Notes: generated by a model not told the origin, from the sequence alone. A stretch of DNA of 64,000 nucleotides from Lama glama (GCA_028534125.1 CM052817.1:94614001-94678000), one strand, 5' to 3'. Positions 38,771 through 52,689 are shown, counted from the stretch's first letter. A program made the numbers and translations.

Positions 38771-40514
38771 TTAAACAACTCTGCCAAAGTCTAATAGGTG
38801 ACTGAAATTGTGACTGTTTTCTCCCCCCAAACTGTTACCCCTTCTCCTAAGTAAAATATGGCAGAAAGGGAAGTATATTCAACGTGGATTTCTAATGATT
38901 TCCCTAAGACTGCCGTCAGGTAGCATTCAGGATCCTGAAAGAATTCGAAGCTAAATGAAGATTCAGTCCTGTGTGTCTCCGTGAACGTCCTCCTTGGTGT
39001 CTGACAAATTTCAGCTTGTCATCTTGAGCCTTGTTTGTAAGTTTTCATTTGTTATTGAAGAGAATGAAGTTCTTAAAATAATAGACAATATTTAACTTTT
39101 GCCTAACATCAGGATAATGCAGAAACTATGCAAAACTGCCTAAAAACTCTCCAAAGCCGTGGTCTTCAGTGGCCCTCATAGTGCTCAGCAAGAGACGGCC
39201 AGCCTGTCCACACTGGACACATTACATGGTGATTTTGTGACTCATGCCATCAGGGAGGAGGGCAAGGTCCCTTATATCATCTGTGACCTAATATGTGAGT
39301 TGTTGGGTCATTGTGAAGCAATTCTAACTGTCAGCAGTCCGAGTCCTAGAAATCACAGCAAGAGGGCCAGTGGATCCACCTAGAGATACCCTATGGCCCA
39401 TTAAAAATGTGATCATTTGAATCTTCATTTGCCAGATTACATACAGCTTTCACTAGCTTGTAAAAATCCCCTTCCACCGTGAACCAAAGGCATTGTAAAC
39501 AAAACCATTCACTCACAAACGTTCACTCATCCTTGAGGAATGACTTTTCATTTCTCTTTTTTTACGCACGCATTTTCCACATCATTGAGAAATAAAACAT
39601 TCTTGAGCAGATGTTCTGAAGCCTCCTTCCTGAGTCAGAGTGCCTGGAAGAATTAGGCCAACTGTAGCACGGGGTCTAGCTGCTTATCTGAGACGCACCC
39701 AGCTCCTCTTGGAGACGGGAGTGCATCCCTGTCATCACACAGCACAGACCAAGGGGCCTGTATCTGTGCCTGGGGGGCTCCCTGTATTGAGGGAGAAGGT
39801 AGACAATTCCAAAGAAAATAGTCCAGAAGAAACAGAAACAGATGACATTTTTTAAAAATTTAGAAACAGACTCCTTTCGTTATTAATAGGCCTCAGTCAC
39901 TTGGGAGATGAGCTCTTGCACTGTATAATTGGTAACTTTCTCTCATTTGGTTAACCTCTGCCAGAATGAATTTTGTGTGTGTTGCTAAAACTGTGTGTGC
40001 GCATCCTGAGGGTCCTGTGTATAAACAATACCATTTGAATACACATAGACTGGAAATTTTTATCCCTGTAGGCTGTGAGGTGAAACACTGAGAAACTGGA
40101 ACTTGGAGTCACGGCACTTAAGATAGTGGTGTTGAAGTGGATCATGTGACTTCGTAAACAATACGGTTTTAAAAACAAGTCACCACCTCTGGCCTCACAC
40201 TGACCACATTTCTCAAGACAGGATTTGAGGGGCACTACCCCTCTCTCTTTTCTTGTCCTGGGTGCTATTCTCTGCCCAGACTGTCTCCTGCCAATATTCC
40301 TTTGCCTTCTCCCCAAAGTCTACCTGCCCCCCCCCTTAGTTCAGCTGAACTTTGTCATGAAAAAAGCAGCTACTAATAACATGAGTTACAGACTAGGTGA
40401 AAAATCCAAATATACTACATAATCAGCATATCTTTCTTCCCTAGTCTAAAGCCTGACATTAATGAACAATAATATCTTTATTAATTGTAACCACCACCAC
40501 CACCACCAAGCACT

Positions 40515-40585
40515 TATCAAGTGGAATCATATGAAACTGCCAACATTCAACAGTGTTTTGGTCTACATTTTGATTTATCCTTAGA
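40515..40585. mobile_element. MADE2-like mariner MITE fragment
   Basis: aagtggaatcatatgaaactgccaacattcaacagtgttttggtctaca resembles the recalled MADE2 arm. Confidence 0.5.
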
Positions 40586-40654
40586 TAGAGAACCTACCAG
40601 ATGCCTGTTACTATCACAGGTAACAGAGGCATGATATTAAAAAAAAAAAAAAAG

Positions 40655-40785
40655 CAACAGAGCTTTGAATCCCAGTTTAACACCAGCTGTGTAACCTTGG
40701 GCAAAATGTGTGATCTTTCAGACTCAGTTTTTACATATAAATTGGGGATAATGATGGTCCCTTCACAAGAACTGGCTATTATTAT
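40655..40785 (+). mobile_element. MIR fragment
   Basis: tttgaatcccagttt..ccagctgtgtaaccttgggcaaa..ctcagtttttacatataaattggggataatg. Confidence 0.8.
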
Positions 40786-42429
40786 GTCCTAGAGGCAGAA
40801 GGATGATGAGACATGGACCCTGCCTTTGTGAGCCTCATGGTCTTGTGAGGACATATGATGTGGTGAGTCACAGCTGTTGCTAGCTTACGTGGTGATTTTG
40901 AATTAATTAGCAAGGGATATGCACCAGAATGGATGGACTTGCCCTGAGAACAGGGGTCTTCCTTGTGCACAAAGTGCCACAACCGTCTGCGGTAGTCCCA
41001 GTGAGGGCTGAGATGGAGGCGGGCCCAGGGTACTCTGACAGCACGTTAGGTGGGCGTTCAGCCCACTGGGGATTCCCTTTAATAAAACTAGACATTTTTG
41101 CGACAATCCAGACTCAGAACAGAAGCAAATAAATGACACTAAAGACAGATCATTGATTAGAAAATCCTTGACCTGTGTGTGTTGTCAGTTGTCAGCAGCT
41201 CCCCTGGGAGTTGGGAACATGCCTTTCTTCCCCGTTCTTCTTTCCTTCCCAGTGCCAGAGACCTGTGGCTTCTCAGTATCCTTACACCTTCAGGCAAGTT
41301 TCTGATTCTGCCAGGCCTCTACTTTGGCCCTCGACACTCAGGTTTTGAATACAAGACCTTTGGGCTCATAGCCAAGTCCCTTAGGCAGGGTTCCAAGCAT
41401 CCTACTCATTTCTTACCTAGTATTTCCACCTTCTTCCCAGAGGCTCCTCAGCTCAGCACCCTGCCTATAACAAAACACCAGGGGATTCCCTGAATTTAGG
41501 CATTCCTCTAAAGTGCTCCAAGACTATCGTAACTATCTGAGCATACCTTCCCTTCTGGACCTGGGGAGTCTTTTTCTTCTCTTTGTATCTTGTTTTATTA
41601 GTACATATAAAACCTCAAAAACATATATGGAGTGTGGAAGAAACCATCACCTTGCGTTCTGTTTCAGAAAGACCTGGGGAGGGAGGGAAGTCTACCCTGG
41701 GAAAGAGGTGATGTCTGTGGACAGGAGAAGGTGGAACACGTGGTCCACACATGTGGACCACGAGGCAAGACTGACAGATAAATGTATTATTTCTTGACAG
41801 TGTAATGTGAGATGCGAAGAAATTGCCTACACTGCATAGAAACAAAGTAGAGGGTGGGAGGTAGGCTAAAGATTCAGAAGAGTGAAGGGATACATGAAGG
41901 AGCAAGATGTGAGAAAATGGTCAAAAGTAAAAGTGGAGAAATAGGTCCTACGTAGGGAAAATGACCCTCAACCCATGAATGGAGGCAAGGAGGTAACTGT
42001 GGAAGCAAAGCTGCGGATGGTGTTGAGGTACGGGTGGGTGGACATTAAGTAGTTCCTGCTCAGTGGTCCAGCTTGTACTGGAAACAAAGCCATCTGTGTT
42101 TCGGGGGTGAAGGGCGGACAATTACAAAGGATGGACAAGGCTTAGACCATCCATGAGAAGAACGAGACAGCTGAAAATGAGAAGTGAAGAGAGGGGTAAG
42201 TGGCCCAAAAACTCCAAATGAGTTGAGAAGGCAAGAGATTGCCATGATGCCAATCATCCTGGCTGTGCAATTTCCTTCTACAGCACTGAGCTCCCAAGGA
42301 CGAAGCTTAGAGGTAGATATTCACTTGATCCAGGCTGGGGGCTCAACAATATCATAAGTACTGGTAAGAGTAAATTATGATTGACGAGGAGGTCTAGTTT
42401 GGGCAAACACTCCTTAGAACTGTTAGGAT

Positions 42430-42915
42430 GCAGTTCAGAATCCTTAAACACTAAGCCATTAACCCACATGATTTGCCCCTTGCCACACCTCTATCAGCCT
42501 TTATTCTCTGGCACAGCTTCTGTGCTCCAGACTCACTGGGATATTGTCAATTCCTTTGCATACTTTGAAAATGCAAATATCTCACACCTCCGAGTTTTTG
42601 AATCCTCTGATCCCTCTGCAGGAATACCCTTCTTCACGCTCCGCCTGGCTAGCTTCGCCTAGGTCTTCAATTTCTATTTAACTGTGGAAACCATCTCAGA
42701 GACAAGTTTCTCAGAGAAACCTTTTTAGATCCCCAGGCTAGGTAAGCTCCCCCTGCACCTACACTCTGTTCCCTGATGTTCCCCACGCTCGTAATTACTC
42801 ACCCACTATCTTCTTCCTCTCTATGTTGCAAGTCCATTAAGCACAGTTCTCATAGTTCCTGTCGCAACCTGTGTTGCTCTACTCAGAGCTGATTCTCAAT
42901 GAACATTTGTTGAGA
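42430..42915 (+). mobile_element. L2 3' region
   Basis: Pyrimidine-rich L2 text ending ctcaatgaacatttgttgag. Confidence 0.6.
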
Positions 42916-44589
42916 GAACAACCAGGTGAGTTGGTCATTCCAAAAGGCACCTGCAAGGCTGCAAGGCAGGAAATCAGAGAGTGCGCAGTGGCAGATGATG
43001 GGGGTAGGTTGGAGATACAGTGCTCACAGTTGGAGAGGTTTTTTACAACAACATTCCTCAAGGTGCCAAGAGGAGACAATTGCCTGATGTGAGTGATGGG
43101 CCTTGGAGCTGTCAAGGAACTGAAGGCTGGTGTGAGCAATGCTTTCTTTGTTCAAGTGACTATTGAAAGCATTCAAAATATTAGTCCAACTGTGGCTTGG
43201 AAAGCAGCATAAAAATCTCAGGTCCCGAATCTTTAGAGAATAATGGAGAGCGACCGGAAAATCAGTAGATATAATACCCAGGGAAAAATGGGTGGTCAGA
43301 GCTATTTGGTTTGCAGTTCAAGGGAAGAGAGAGATGCGAGATCATCATCAAGATTTCCAGCTCACTGGAGCAGGGCCAGCCTGCAGCGGGGAGTTAGTAT
43401 CGTAGCACTGTGGTGGCTCTAAATATTCATTGAAAGTACAGAGCATATATATAATTTAGAAAGGTTTTTAACAAGGTCCTAAACTAAGTGACATTTTCTG
43501 ATCAACAAATGGCTAATCAATTCATTAAATTAGACAGAAAACTGTATTTCTGAAGCATTCTCTTGTTAGGATCTGTCTCTCAGTCAGGGTAAGCCCCCTG
43601 AAAGGGTCATGTTGATCTGCTTTGTTCATTACTACATCTTTAGTGTCTAAACAGGGCCAGATGCATGGTGGACACTCTAAACTTTTCTTAAATAAATGAA
43701 TCCCATTTAATGAAGGGTTGGTTTTCTTTTGCTATTTGTCAGACTAGTTCAGCAAGCCTTGGAGAATAAGATGTATCTTAATTTTTAAATCATCTCGAAA
43801 GCTATTTTTAGAAATATTACCATGTCTGTGAAAGATCTGGGACTTGTTTTGTTTTCGTAGAAGATAGAAAGTAAACCTTTCTGAGAAATGATAATTAGAT
43901 TGCAAGCCCTACAATATCTGTGTGCGATGTTACGCACACGTCTCTAATATACCTTGGTTCTAAATTTCAAGCATAATGAGCGGCTTCTGCCGTCTCATCA
44001 GTGCCCAGGTTTAACATGCCCACGTGAACCTGAGGGCTAACTGTTCATGAATCACTTCTCTAAGGTGCTGATTTCTTCAATGGCACTTCCAGTAATTTCC
44101 TTAGAATTCAAGCCCTTTTTTTTTTAAATTTCAAGTTATATTGCTAATACTAAGTTCCTTATTTTCTTGTGAGCTTTCTCTCTTTCTTTCTTTCTTTTTT
44201 TTTTTTTTAAAGCTAAAATACCTCTTGAGTTGGGAGAAAAGCTTCATTTCTTTACCATCTAAGTGGTACCTTGTATCAAAGCCAATTCCTATCATGGGCA
44301 GTGCTGTAAAGTCTAATTTCTCTTTAGTAATCATTAAAATATTGCATAAGAAATTCTACTTCGGTGATCCTACTTTGAAACCTGGGCCATGCTTTTGTTT
44401 TCAACGTGGAGCAGCAGCGGAGGCTGCCCTCAGAGGCAAAGAGGCAAAGCTGCTCTTACGACTGCTTCAGTGTACTCTGCAACCAGGAGAGGGGCTGAAT
44501 ACCATACCACAGGGTCCATTCTGCCAAAGGCTCGCGGATCTGGGGCCATTGTGAAGCAACTGGGCGTGACAGCTCTCACATGGTGCACC

Positions 44590-44778
44590 TAGGGGTGCCA
44601 GAGTTAGCAAATGAATATACAAGACGGTCAGCTAAATTAGAAGGTAAGATAAACAAGGAATAATTTTGGGTATTGTCCTAAATATTGCCTGGGACATGCT
44701 TATACTAAAATATTATTTTTTTTAAATGTGAAATTCAAATGTAACAGGGTGTCCTTTATTGAATCCAGTGATCCTGAG
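44590..44778. mobile_element. MER53 palindromic hAT MITE
   Basis: taggggtgccagagttagcaaat..tacaagacg..agataaacaaggaataatttt..tgtcctaaatattgcctgggacatgcttatactaaaa..tgaaattcaaatgtaacagggtgtcct matches the recalled MER53 layout. Confidence 0.8.
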
Positions 44779-45559
44779 GGCATCCTAGTTTTTCTGTGAC
44801 CACTCAGAGCGCTGAGATTCCCCCAAGATGTGGGCAATGAGCCACGTGGATGCCTTCAGTGGGTTTTCTGGTTGTGTTATAAGGGGTGAAAGTGAATGGA
44901 TCCCCAAAGGGTGAGCGGGCCCGTGAGTATAGTAATTCTCATTGCTAGACCTTTGCTTTTCATTTAGTCAATTAAATGAAGGTAAAAATGAGGCTTTGAC
45001 AGAACAAATAGAAAAGGGGCTTTCACGGAGGTACGAGATAATGGTACAAAGCACCATTAAGGAGTCAGCCAGCTGATTCTTTGGCAGCCAGCTGCCCCAT
45101 CCTCTGCCCACTTACTTCTCATGCCTATATATTAAGGGAAGTGGGGCAAGATTTGAGCGACTCCACTTGTAAGCATATCTCTGACAGTTTACTTTGAATA
45201 ACATTGTTTGTATGGTGGGAGTGGATAGAAAAAAGAAATCATCAGTGGCGGTTTGAACACTATTAAATGCCACCAGATAGCTCAACTGTGCAAGAAGCTT
45301 CACTTGGAAAACTCACCAACTTAGAGTTTCCTTTGTAGACCTGGAGGAAGAAACCAAAAATAGTAGGACATTGAACAATTGAACAATCGGTGAATAATGG
45401 AGACCCCACTATCTTGCATGGCAATTTTCATAACATCTCATCTCTGGTAATGTTTTCTTTGCAGACTCACAGCAAAATCTGAGTACAGGAAATCTGGATA
45501 GATACAGCTGATTATTCTATTTTTTTATGTCAAGTGATTTTCTTCGGACATGTTGAGAA

Positions 45560-45745
45560 TGGGAAATAGAAGCTCTGTCCCAGGGCTGCCACTGGTTGTC
45601 TATCCTTAGACGAGGCATTTAATATATCTCAGGACTTCACATTCCTTATATTTAAAATGCGAATAATAACATTCTGCCATCCTCATGGTGTACTGTGAGC
45701 AAAGCTGTGATCATAGCACCAAGTGCTTGGAAAAACACCACGAAA
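45560..45745 (+). mobile_element. MIR fragment
   Basis: ctgccactggttgtctatccttagacgaggcatttaa..aaaatgcgaataataaca..ctcatggtgtactgtgag. Confidence 0.6.
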
Positions 45746-45754
45746 AGCACCAAA

Positions 45755-46060
45755 ACTCACTCCTGCTACTTCATTTTAACCAATGGCACACGTGATTTAG
45801 ATGCGTTACTACAGATGAATCTGGATCAGCTCCTGTACAAAGTCCAAGTGTTGGAACAGCCAGAAAGACTGAAAAAACTGTCACTTTGGGAAAAGTTTTG
45901 ATTTTGAGAGCAACACTTACCAGGACATGCATAGCTGTCTTTGGTACACAATGCTTGTTTTTGCACACAGATGCTTTATTTTGGATGTTAATAGTCAACA
46001 CTGTATGCAAGATTCTCTTGCAATGGGAAATTATCCTGTAAATCAAAAAGACTCAGTTTA
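45755..46060 (-). mobile_element. Ancient RTE-clade LINE fragment (copy 1)
   Basis: Minus translation SGCSNTWTLYRS*SRF..PLVKMK*QE resembles RTE YGCETWTxYRR..ILxIxWQD. Alignable with 47150-47310. Confidence 0.55.
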
Positions 46061-46199
46061 CTCAGGGTAATTGCTGTATTAATGCAAAACCCTTACAACA
46101 AAATGCAGTATTATATGTAGTCAGTTTCCACACACATAAGGCTGCTACATGTATGTCCAGCATTTGTATAACATACTGAAAGAAATTCAAATGAACCCA

Positions 46200-46710
46200 A
46201 CAGTATAAAGGTGACTTAAGATGCCTGACATGTCTTTGGTCTCTAAAATATAAAAGAAGGGTAAGACATGGTCCCTACCCACTTGAAGGTTACAATCCGT
46301 TTGGAGGAGGGGGAAAAAAAAAGACATGATCACTGCTAAGTAAAAATACAAGAGAGTTTAGGACTTAGTGCCCAATGAACAGTGATGACAGTTGATTTCC
46401 CTTAGACATCACGGCAGAGCATGGTCAATGCTGGGAAATGATTTTAGAGAGTTAGTCTTCAGGACTGTTAGAGAGGGGCTTGAAGAAATAAAGAAAATAA
46501 GAAAGGTCATTCTGCCCAGGGAGGGGTGGGGCCAGTGGCCTGTTTAAGACAGTGAGAAGACTAGTTTGGCTGGTTCCAAAATTCCTGCAAGGAATAATGC
46601 ACAAAAGAGTAGTGCAGAAGATAAAATAAGAGATAAGGCTGAATAGGTAGACTGATTCAAGATTCTGAACGTCAAGTTCTGAACATCAGGATTGGGAGTT
46701 TGGACTCCTG
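46200..46710 (-). mobile_element. L2 fragment
   Basis: aagacatggtccctacccacttgaaggttacaatccgtttggagg...agtgagaagactagtttggctgg. Confidence 0.6.
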
Positions 46711-46799
46711 AAAGTGACAGATCTATTCACATGGACACACACACACACTATATACATATTTCTGTCTTGAACATAGAGCAATTGATGTCTACTCAAAAT

Positions 46800-47930
46800 A
46801 TGACTTAAAAGATTGCTACAAGAGAGGCCCCCTTCAATGCCCTGTGGTGAAACTGTAGCCATCATCAGCTTGTAGCTCTTTCATGTAGTTTTACAGGGTA
46901 CATAGCTTTTGCAGTAATAATTTTCCTGATTGCCACATTCCCTATTACTGGTTTAGCTGCTGCCCCAATTTGAAATTCTGTTGCAGGTTATTTTAGTTCC
47001 TTCCACTTGGAAACTGTTTCAGTGTGGCTTACTGTACAGACAATGGCCACTGTAGTTTCAGCTGTCATCCCTTCTCCACATATGTCTCACCCTGGGAATA
47101 ATCTCCATTTCAACGCTGCGAGATTGGCTGCATTACAGACTTTCGTTAATTCACTCCTGCTAGTTAATGTTAACTAATGGCATAAGTGATTTTGATGAAT
47201 TACAAAAGAGCCTGAATCAATTTCTGTAGCAGATCCAAGTCCTGGAACAGCAAGAAAGATTAGCACGAACACTGCTTTGGAAAAAGTTTTGGTTTTTGAG
47301 AGTGATGCTGGATAGAATGGTTTCTCATTCTGTGCACCAGTCTCCTGAAAGACGTCCTGGCCTTATGGATTTAATTTTATGCATCTTGGTCAATCAGCAC
47401 ACTGTTAGATACAGCGTTGCCAAGGAAAGAAAAATTCAGTGATTTTTAGCCATGTTGCCAATGAAAATCTTACATTGACTGAGTCTAACTTCCTTTGTTG
47501 AGTCTTTGAACATGCTGTGGAATATGGATTTAATAAAAATTGACCTATTACACCATTCTCTGTTTTAGTCCACTGGTAATGAGGAATGGATTGGCTGTGA
47601 TGATGTCAATGGTGACACAATGGAACAGACCTTCATTAAGTAGCTTGGAGGTCCTCATGAATACGAGTTGGAAGCCAAGCTTTTTAAAAAGTTGCTAAGG
47701 TCCTTGAGAACAAAAGCTTCCTGAACACGGAAACCAGTCCTGGTGTCCTCTGCACTTCTGTGTCGACCAAGATGATGTCTCTATTGCTTTAAGGTCAAAT
47801 CTGCCTCGTGATTGGAGAAGTTGTGCAGTGGGTTTCAGATCAGAGCACCACCAGCAGGAATCAAGAGGGTGCCCTGGGGAAACACAGTCATTGTCTCCTT
47901 CTCACGTCCAGTGGAAAAGCTTCTGCCAAC
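46800..47930 (-). mobile_element. Ancient RTE-clade LINE (L4/MamRTE-like) RT and C-terminal remnant (copy 2)
   Basis: Minus-strand motifs in the expected order: PFLITSGLKQ (cf. GVKQG), FLGNAVSNSVLIDQDA..IHKARTSFRRL (cf. YLGS..IDxEI..RIxKAxxAFGRL), CSRTWICYRN, LVNIN*QE. Confidence 0.7.
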
Positions 47931-48539
47931 ATCTAAGTAAATCCCCCACAAATGACTTAATGTGTGGAAAGCTTTTAAAGCCAAGCATAAAGTAGATACT
48001 CTAGGAGTATTTGCTATTATAATTGTTATTGTTATCACTTATCATAAAAACGTGTCAGCATGTATGTATGTCTTAGGGTTTAGGAATGTCGTTATCATCT
48101 TTTGGAGACCTGCCTTAGGAGATTCATTGCTTAAAATATGTTCAGAACCTAGTAGATGGCCATTTCTTTCAACCCTGGAAGGTTTTGTCTGCAAAATTTG
48201 CAAATATATTTAGAAAATTTCCAAAGTTTCAATAGAAAGAACATTTCCTTCTTTGTCCAAAATGAGAGGGCCTCCATCTTCATTACGGGTTCTGCCCCAC
48301 CTGCTCGTAGGCAAGGTCTTTGACAGACACAGCCTCCCTGCTCTTTGCACTCTACCACACGTGCTTCCTAACTTCATGGCACCTCGCAGAGCTCTAGGAG
48401 GTTTATTTCGCCTTCATAGTGAGAAACGTTAAGATTCTGAAATTTGGGTTTTCCTATTACCAGTGGACGTCCCCCCACCCTTTTTGCTTACTATTATTTG
48501 ATGAAACCATCTCAAGTCCTGGTAGCAAGAACAGCTGGA

Positions 48540-48950
48540 TGGGATCTTAGTATCTAGTACCCCTTCTACCACTGTTACAGCAGGGTAACCAGATGCCAAG
48601 TGTTCACCTTACAGGTCAGAGAAGACAATGGCATAGAAGAGGAAGTTGATGAGCAGAACTTCCAGAAAAGTTCTTCAGTAATTCAGGGAGCTCTTTTGCT
48701 TTTCCATTATCTTTCCTCTTGCCTAGAATGTGGATGTAATGGCTGGAGCTACAGGGACCATCTTGCAAACACGAGGTGGCCTTGACGATGGGCGTTAAGA
48801 AACCTGGATTGCTGGTGCTATTGTGGAGCCTCCAATCCCTGAACTGCCCACCCCAGACTCGATTTTACATAAGAAAGAAACAAACCTCTGTGTGTAGGCT
48901 CTCTTCCCTTTTATCTCAATTCCTAAGGGACTATGGTAATGTCTAACTGA
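48540..48950 (+). mobile_element. Old MaLR MLT1(J/K/L-like) LTR
   Basis: tgcctagaatgtggatgtaatggctggagctacagggaccatcttgc...ctgcccaccccagactc..tacataagaaagaaacaaacc. Confidence 0.7.
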
Positions 48951-50969
48951 CACTGTGTCCGGTCTCTTTGCCTATTTGGATGTTTCAGTGGGATCTTTTC
49001 CCTTGAAGGTTTTTGTCCCTGCCTGAGGATATAAATTCCTTAAAAGGCAGGAACTGGGATTTTGCCATTGTTCCCTTTCTCTTAAAGAGCATGCATGCAA
49101 TACAAGACTGTTAATAAGTTATCTTTGTTGCTGTTATGACTGCTTGAGGTCTTATAGATTGGAGTTTCCTGATCAGAGACTGATTCTATATATGATACAG
49201 AGATAGATAGGTAGATATACATATATATGGTACAATTTATAGATATACGTATATATATAAATGCCACTTTTCAAGTCTCTAACATTTGCCTTCTCACCTC
49301 TATTTTTCTTTAAAACATTGCTTTCTAATCAGAAAAAAAAAAGCTGTCTTGGAAATAGATATAAAAGGAAAACTAATTAGGAAAGATAATATCAAGCTGC
49401 CAAAATTATTTTAAGGATTCTCTTATTGTGGATGGTTAAACGCATCCATTCTTTTTGGCCCTACATCTAAGCATGACAAGGACCAGCCATCTCCCACATG
49501 CTCTGAACCTAACCTTCATTCAAGTCATATATCTAACAAGAGTAGTCAGAGGGATACATTTTATATAAAAAGTTTTGCTAAAGGGGCCACTGTACAGAAG
49601 ACTCTCACCTGATTGGTTAGTTCAACTCATGGTTTAAGAATGGTTTTCCCAGTAAAATAGTACCATATTTCACCTAGTAGAAGATTTGTAAATACCAACA
49701 GGGCAGTTCTAGGAATGGATTTTTATACATTATAGATATTAACTGCCTTGGAATTTATCTAAAGTTTATAAACACAATTTACCAGTAAACAAAATAACAT
49801 TTCAGCTCTTTTTGTCTGGTTTGGAGTAGGCTCAGAAATAAATACATTTTCATCCTAGAACATCTTCTTCACCAGATTCCTCAGTGAAGAGAGCAAAAAA
49901 GGACTAAGAAAGATGTGAATTAAAATGCCACTTTTTTGTTGATCAAGTCCAGGCTGAAGAATAGTTTTTAAATACTGAACCCTGGAATTAAACTGACCAG
50001 TCCAGCTAGGCACAGGCACAGCTCCACAACCAGAGGCCACCTCCATGGAGGCCTGGTCCCTTCCCACAGGGAGGCCTGGCCGTGTGTGCTTAGAACGTGG
50101 AGAATCAGGTCAGAGGCTGTGCTTTCTGCAAACAGTTGACTCCTAAGTCGAGATGGAGAATGAGAGATCAGTTTCTGCAAGTGCAGTTCTTTCCCCAGAA
50201 TTCATCAATCTGATCAGTTTCTCCAACTTCACTGATGGGCAGGGAGCGGGGGCTGGGGGATAAGAAGTAATAGGAATGTAGGGAAAATCTCTCCTCTTGG
50301 CAGCCAGGGGAGTGGGGAACAAACAGCCTCTCGGCTGCAACCTCCCACACAACACCTTCCCTTCCTTCTAAACTGTTCTTCCCGTGGCTGGTGAAGGCGC
50401 TTTCCATTTCAAGCTTCTACTGACTTCAGGTTTCCTATTAACTGATGGGACAGCAATGCTTGCTCAACAATCTTCAAAGCTTTTTAACAAATAATAGCTA
50501 AAGATTAGCTTGAAGCAGTTCCTGAAAAGGTGTGAGTCATTTCCAAACAAGGGGTGGATTCAGCAAGAGGCTTGTCTGAATCAACAGGGAGGAAATCCAA
50601 GTGGTCTGAAGCCTCAGCCACATCGGGAGGCTAAAACTGATGTCATTAGTGTGTCTGCTGCTAGAGGAGAACGGGGCCAAACCAATTCTGCTAAATCAGG
50701 GGCTTCCCCGTTGTTGCTGCCCAAGATACATCAGGCAAGTCAGGAGAGCAGGGCTGGACCTGCTGACCTCATTGGTTAAGAGATATTTCAATATTGGATT
50801 AAAGCTGAATGCTGCCCAGTTGTCCAAATTCAACACACAAATATCTGTTCTATTTCTCAAATTATTCGGTAAGTCTATCTGCACTTAGATTTAAACATAT
50901 TGTTACAGATACATTGATCTTGCCATTCTCATGCTACGTTTAATTTTGAGAAGCAAGAAACTAATACAT

Positions 50970-51042
50970 TTCTACTGTTATAGCATAGGGAACTATATTC
51001 AACTTCTTGTAATGAGCTGCAATGGAAAAGAACCTGAAAAAG

Positions 51043-51078
<36 letters not shown>

Positions 51079-51175
51079 CATGTGTAACTGAATCACTTTG
51101 CTGTACACACAAAACTAACATTGTGAATCGACTACACTTTAATAAAAATTAAGAATAAAAGAAAAATCAAATTAA
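50970..51175 (+). mobile_element. 5'-truncated recent L1 3' end with (TA)n
   Basis: tatagcatagggaactatattcaa...gtaactgaatcactttgctgtacac...aataaaaa. Flanks aatacatttc / aagaacatttc form an approximate TSD. Confidence 0.88.
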
Positions 51176-52689
51176 AGAACATTTCCATTATCTCCCCCAC
51201 CCCCCCCCAAACTTCAAGCTATACTGTTTTATCTAAATAAGCTATCAAGAAGATCTTAACTTTATGGCCTTTTGGATTAAATCTACCTAACTCAGTCACA
51301 GAGATTTCTTGGTAATATATATGGTTTTTGATCTTATCTGGATCGCGGTTCCTCAACTGCAACTCTCCATTTAAAATCACTTTCCTAAGAGTGATGTACG
51401 TTTTGGGCATCTGAGTATATTTGTAGAACTAGTAGTTGTGGTAACAAGACTAAGTTTACATGTCTGTCCACATCAGCACCATGTACTCAAGATGGATTTC
51501 AGCTGCCAAAAAGGCCACTCCAAACTGCTTGCACAAACCTGTCTTTATGCCCCTGTTTATTATGCTCCCATGTAGTCGATGTCTTAGGCACTGAAACAGC
51601 ACAGCCATATATCAACAGCTCTCTGGTGGTTCCGAATGTTCTAAACAAGAGCAAGGGTGCACTGAACCTCCCATGTAAACTTTATACAACAGATTCAGCA
51701 GAACTGTAATTATTTACAAAATGATGGCATGAGAAATCTCTGGATTTATATCTTACGTTAAAGTAACTTAGATGGTGTCCACATAATTCTTGAATTCGTG
51801 GTAGGTTTGCAATTTATTTTGTTTGATTTTGGTTGCACTTGATACCGCTCTAAGGCTATTTTCATTGAAATTTCAAAAAGAAAACTACTAAGGTTGGACA
51901 GGTTTCTGAAATGTACGTGACAATGAAGCCTGGTGCACACGTGGTACCACAGCAACTTGAACTTGTGCCTGCGTTGGCAGAAAGAATTGTGCATTGGGTT
52001 TAGAATGTGAAATCCATTTTTGTATTTTGCTTTTATAATGAAAACAAACTAATTAAGAAAAAATATAGCATTACAGAGCCGTATCTGTAGACACTAGGCC
52101 AACTAAATCAGGTGGAACTTAGAACTTCATGTCCCTTTTTTTGTGCCCAAAGTTGCAAATCTAAGCACAAAGCTCCCTTTGAGGTCAAGAGGAGTCCCTG
52201 TTTGTACAAGCATCACAGGGTGGAGATGAAAAAAAGGAATGAAGCTTCTGAGAACATGGAAAAACCCGGTTTCAATGAAGATTACAGTCTCAAAGTGAAC
52301 ATGATACAATGAGATCAAAATATACATACTTATAGTTGGATATATACCAATTTGTAAACTGTATCACTTGGAAATTCATAAAATTGTTTTGTCACTGTTC
52401 AATACTCATACCCCTTGAAACTGAGGCTCTGCAGCACTGAGGACTTGAAGGAGAAAAAAGCTACCTCTTATTGGGACATATTCAAAAAATCAATGTGTTA
52501 AATCGATTATATCTTCTCCTTTCTTTTGCTCCTGAGAAGTCACCATTTCTGCCAAAAAAAAAAAAAAGTCTACTGTTATCATCAGAATCCTTTTCTCACA
52601 TGTCAAAATTACTTTGGGTATGTTCTGTGGAGATATTTCAGTGGGTGTTTGGCCGTAAGAGCATGAATAATGTGCTATGAAATGTTATC

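Noticed and set aside
45695..45901. Plus-strand coiled-coil-like peptide (DLDALLQMNLDQLLYKVQVLEQPERL) with a paralogous stretch at ~47190, suggesting duplicated exons
   Set aside because: Both are better explained as the antisense reading of an RTE LINE. The second copy has an in-frame stop and no clear splice sites.
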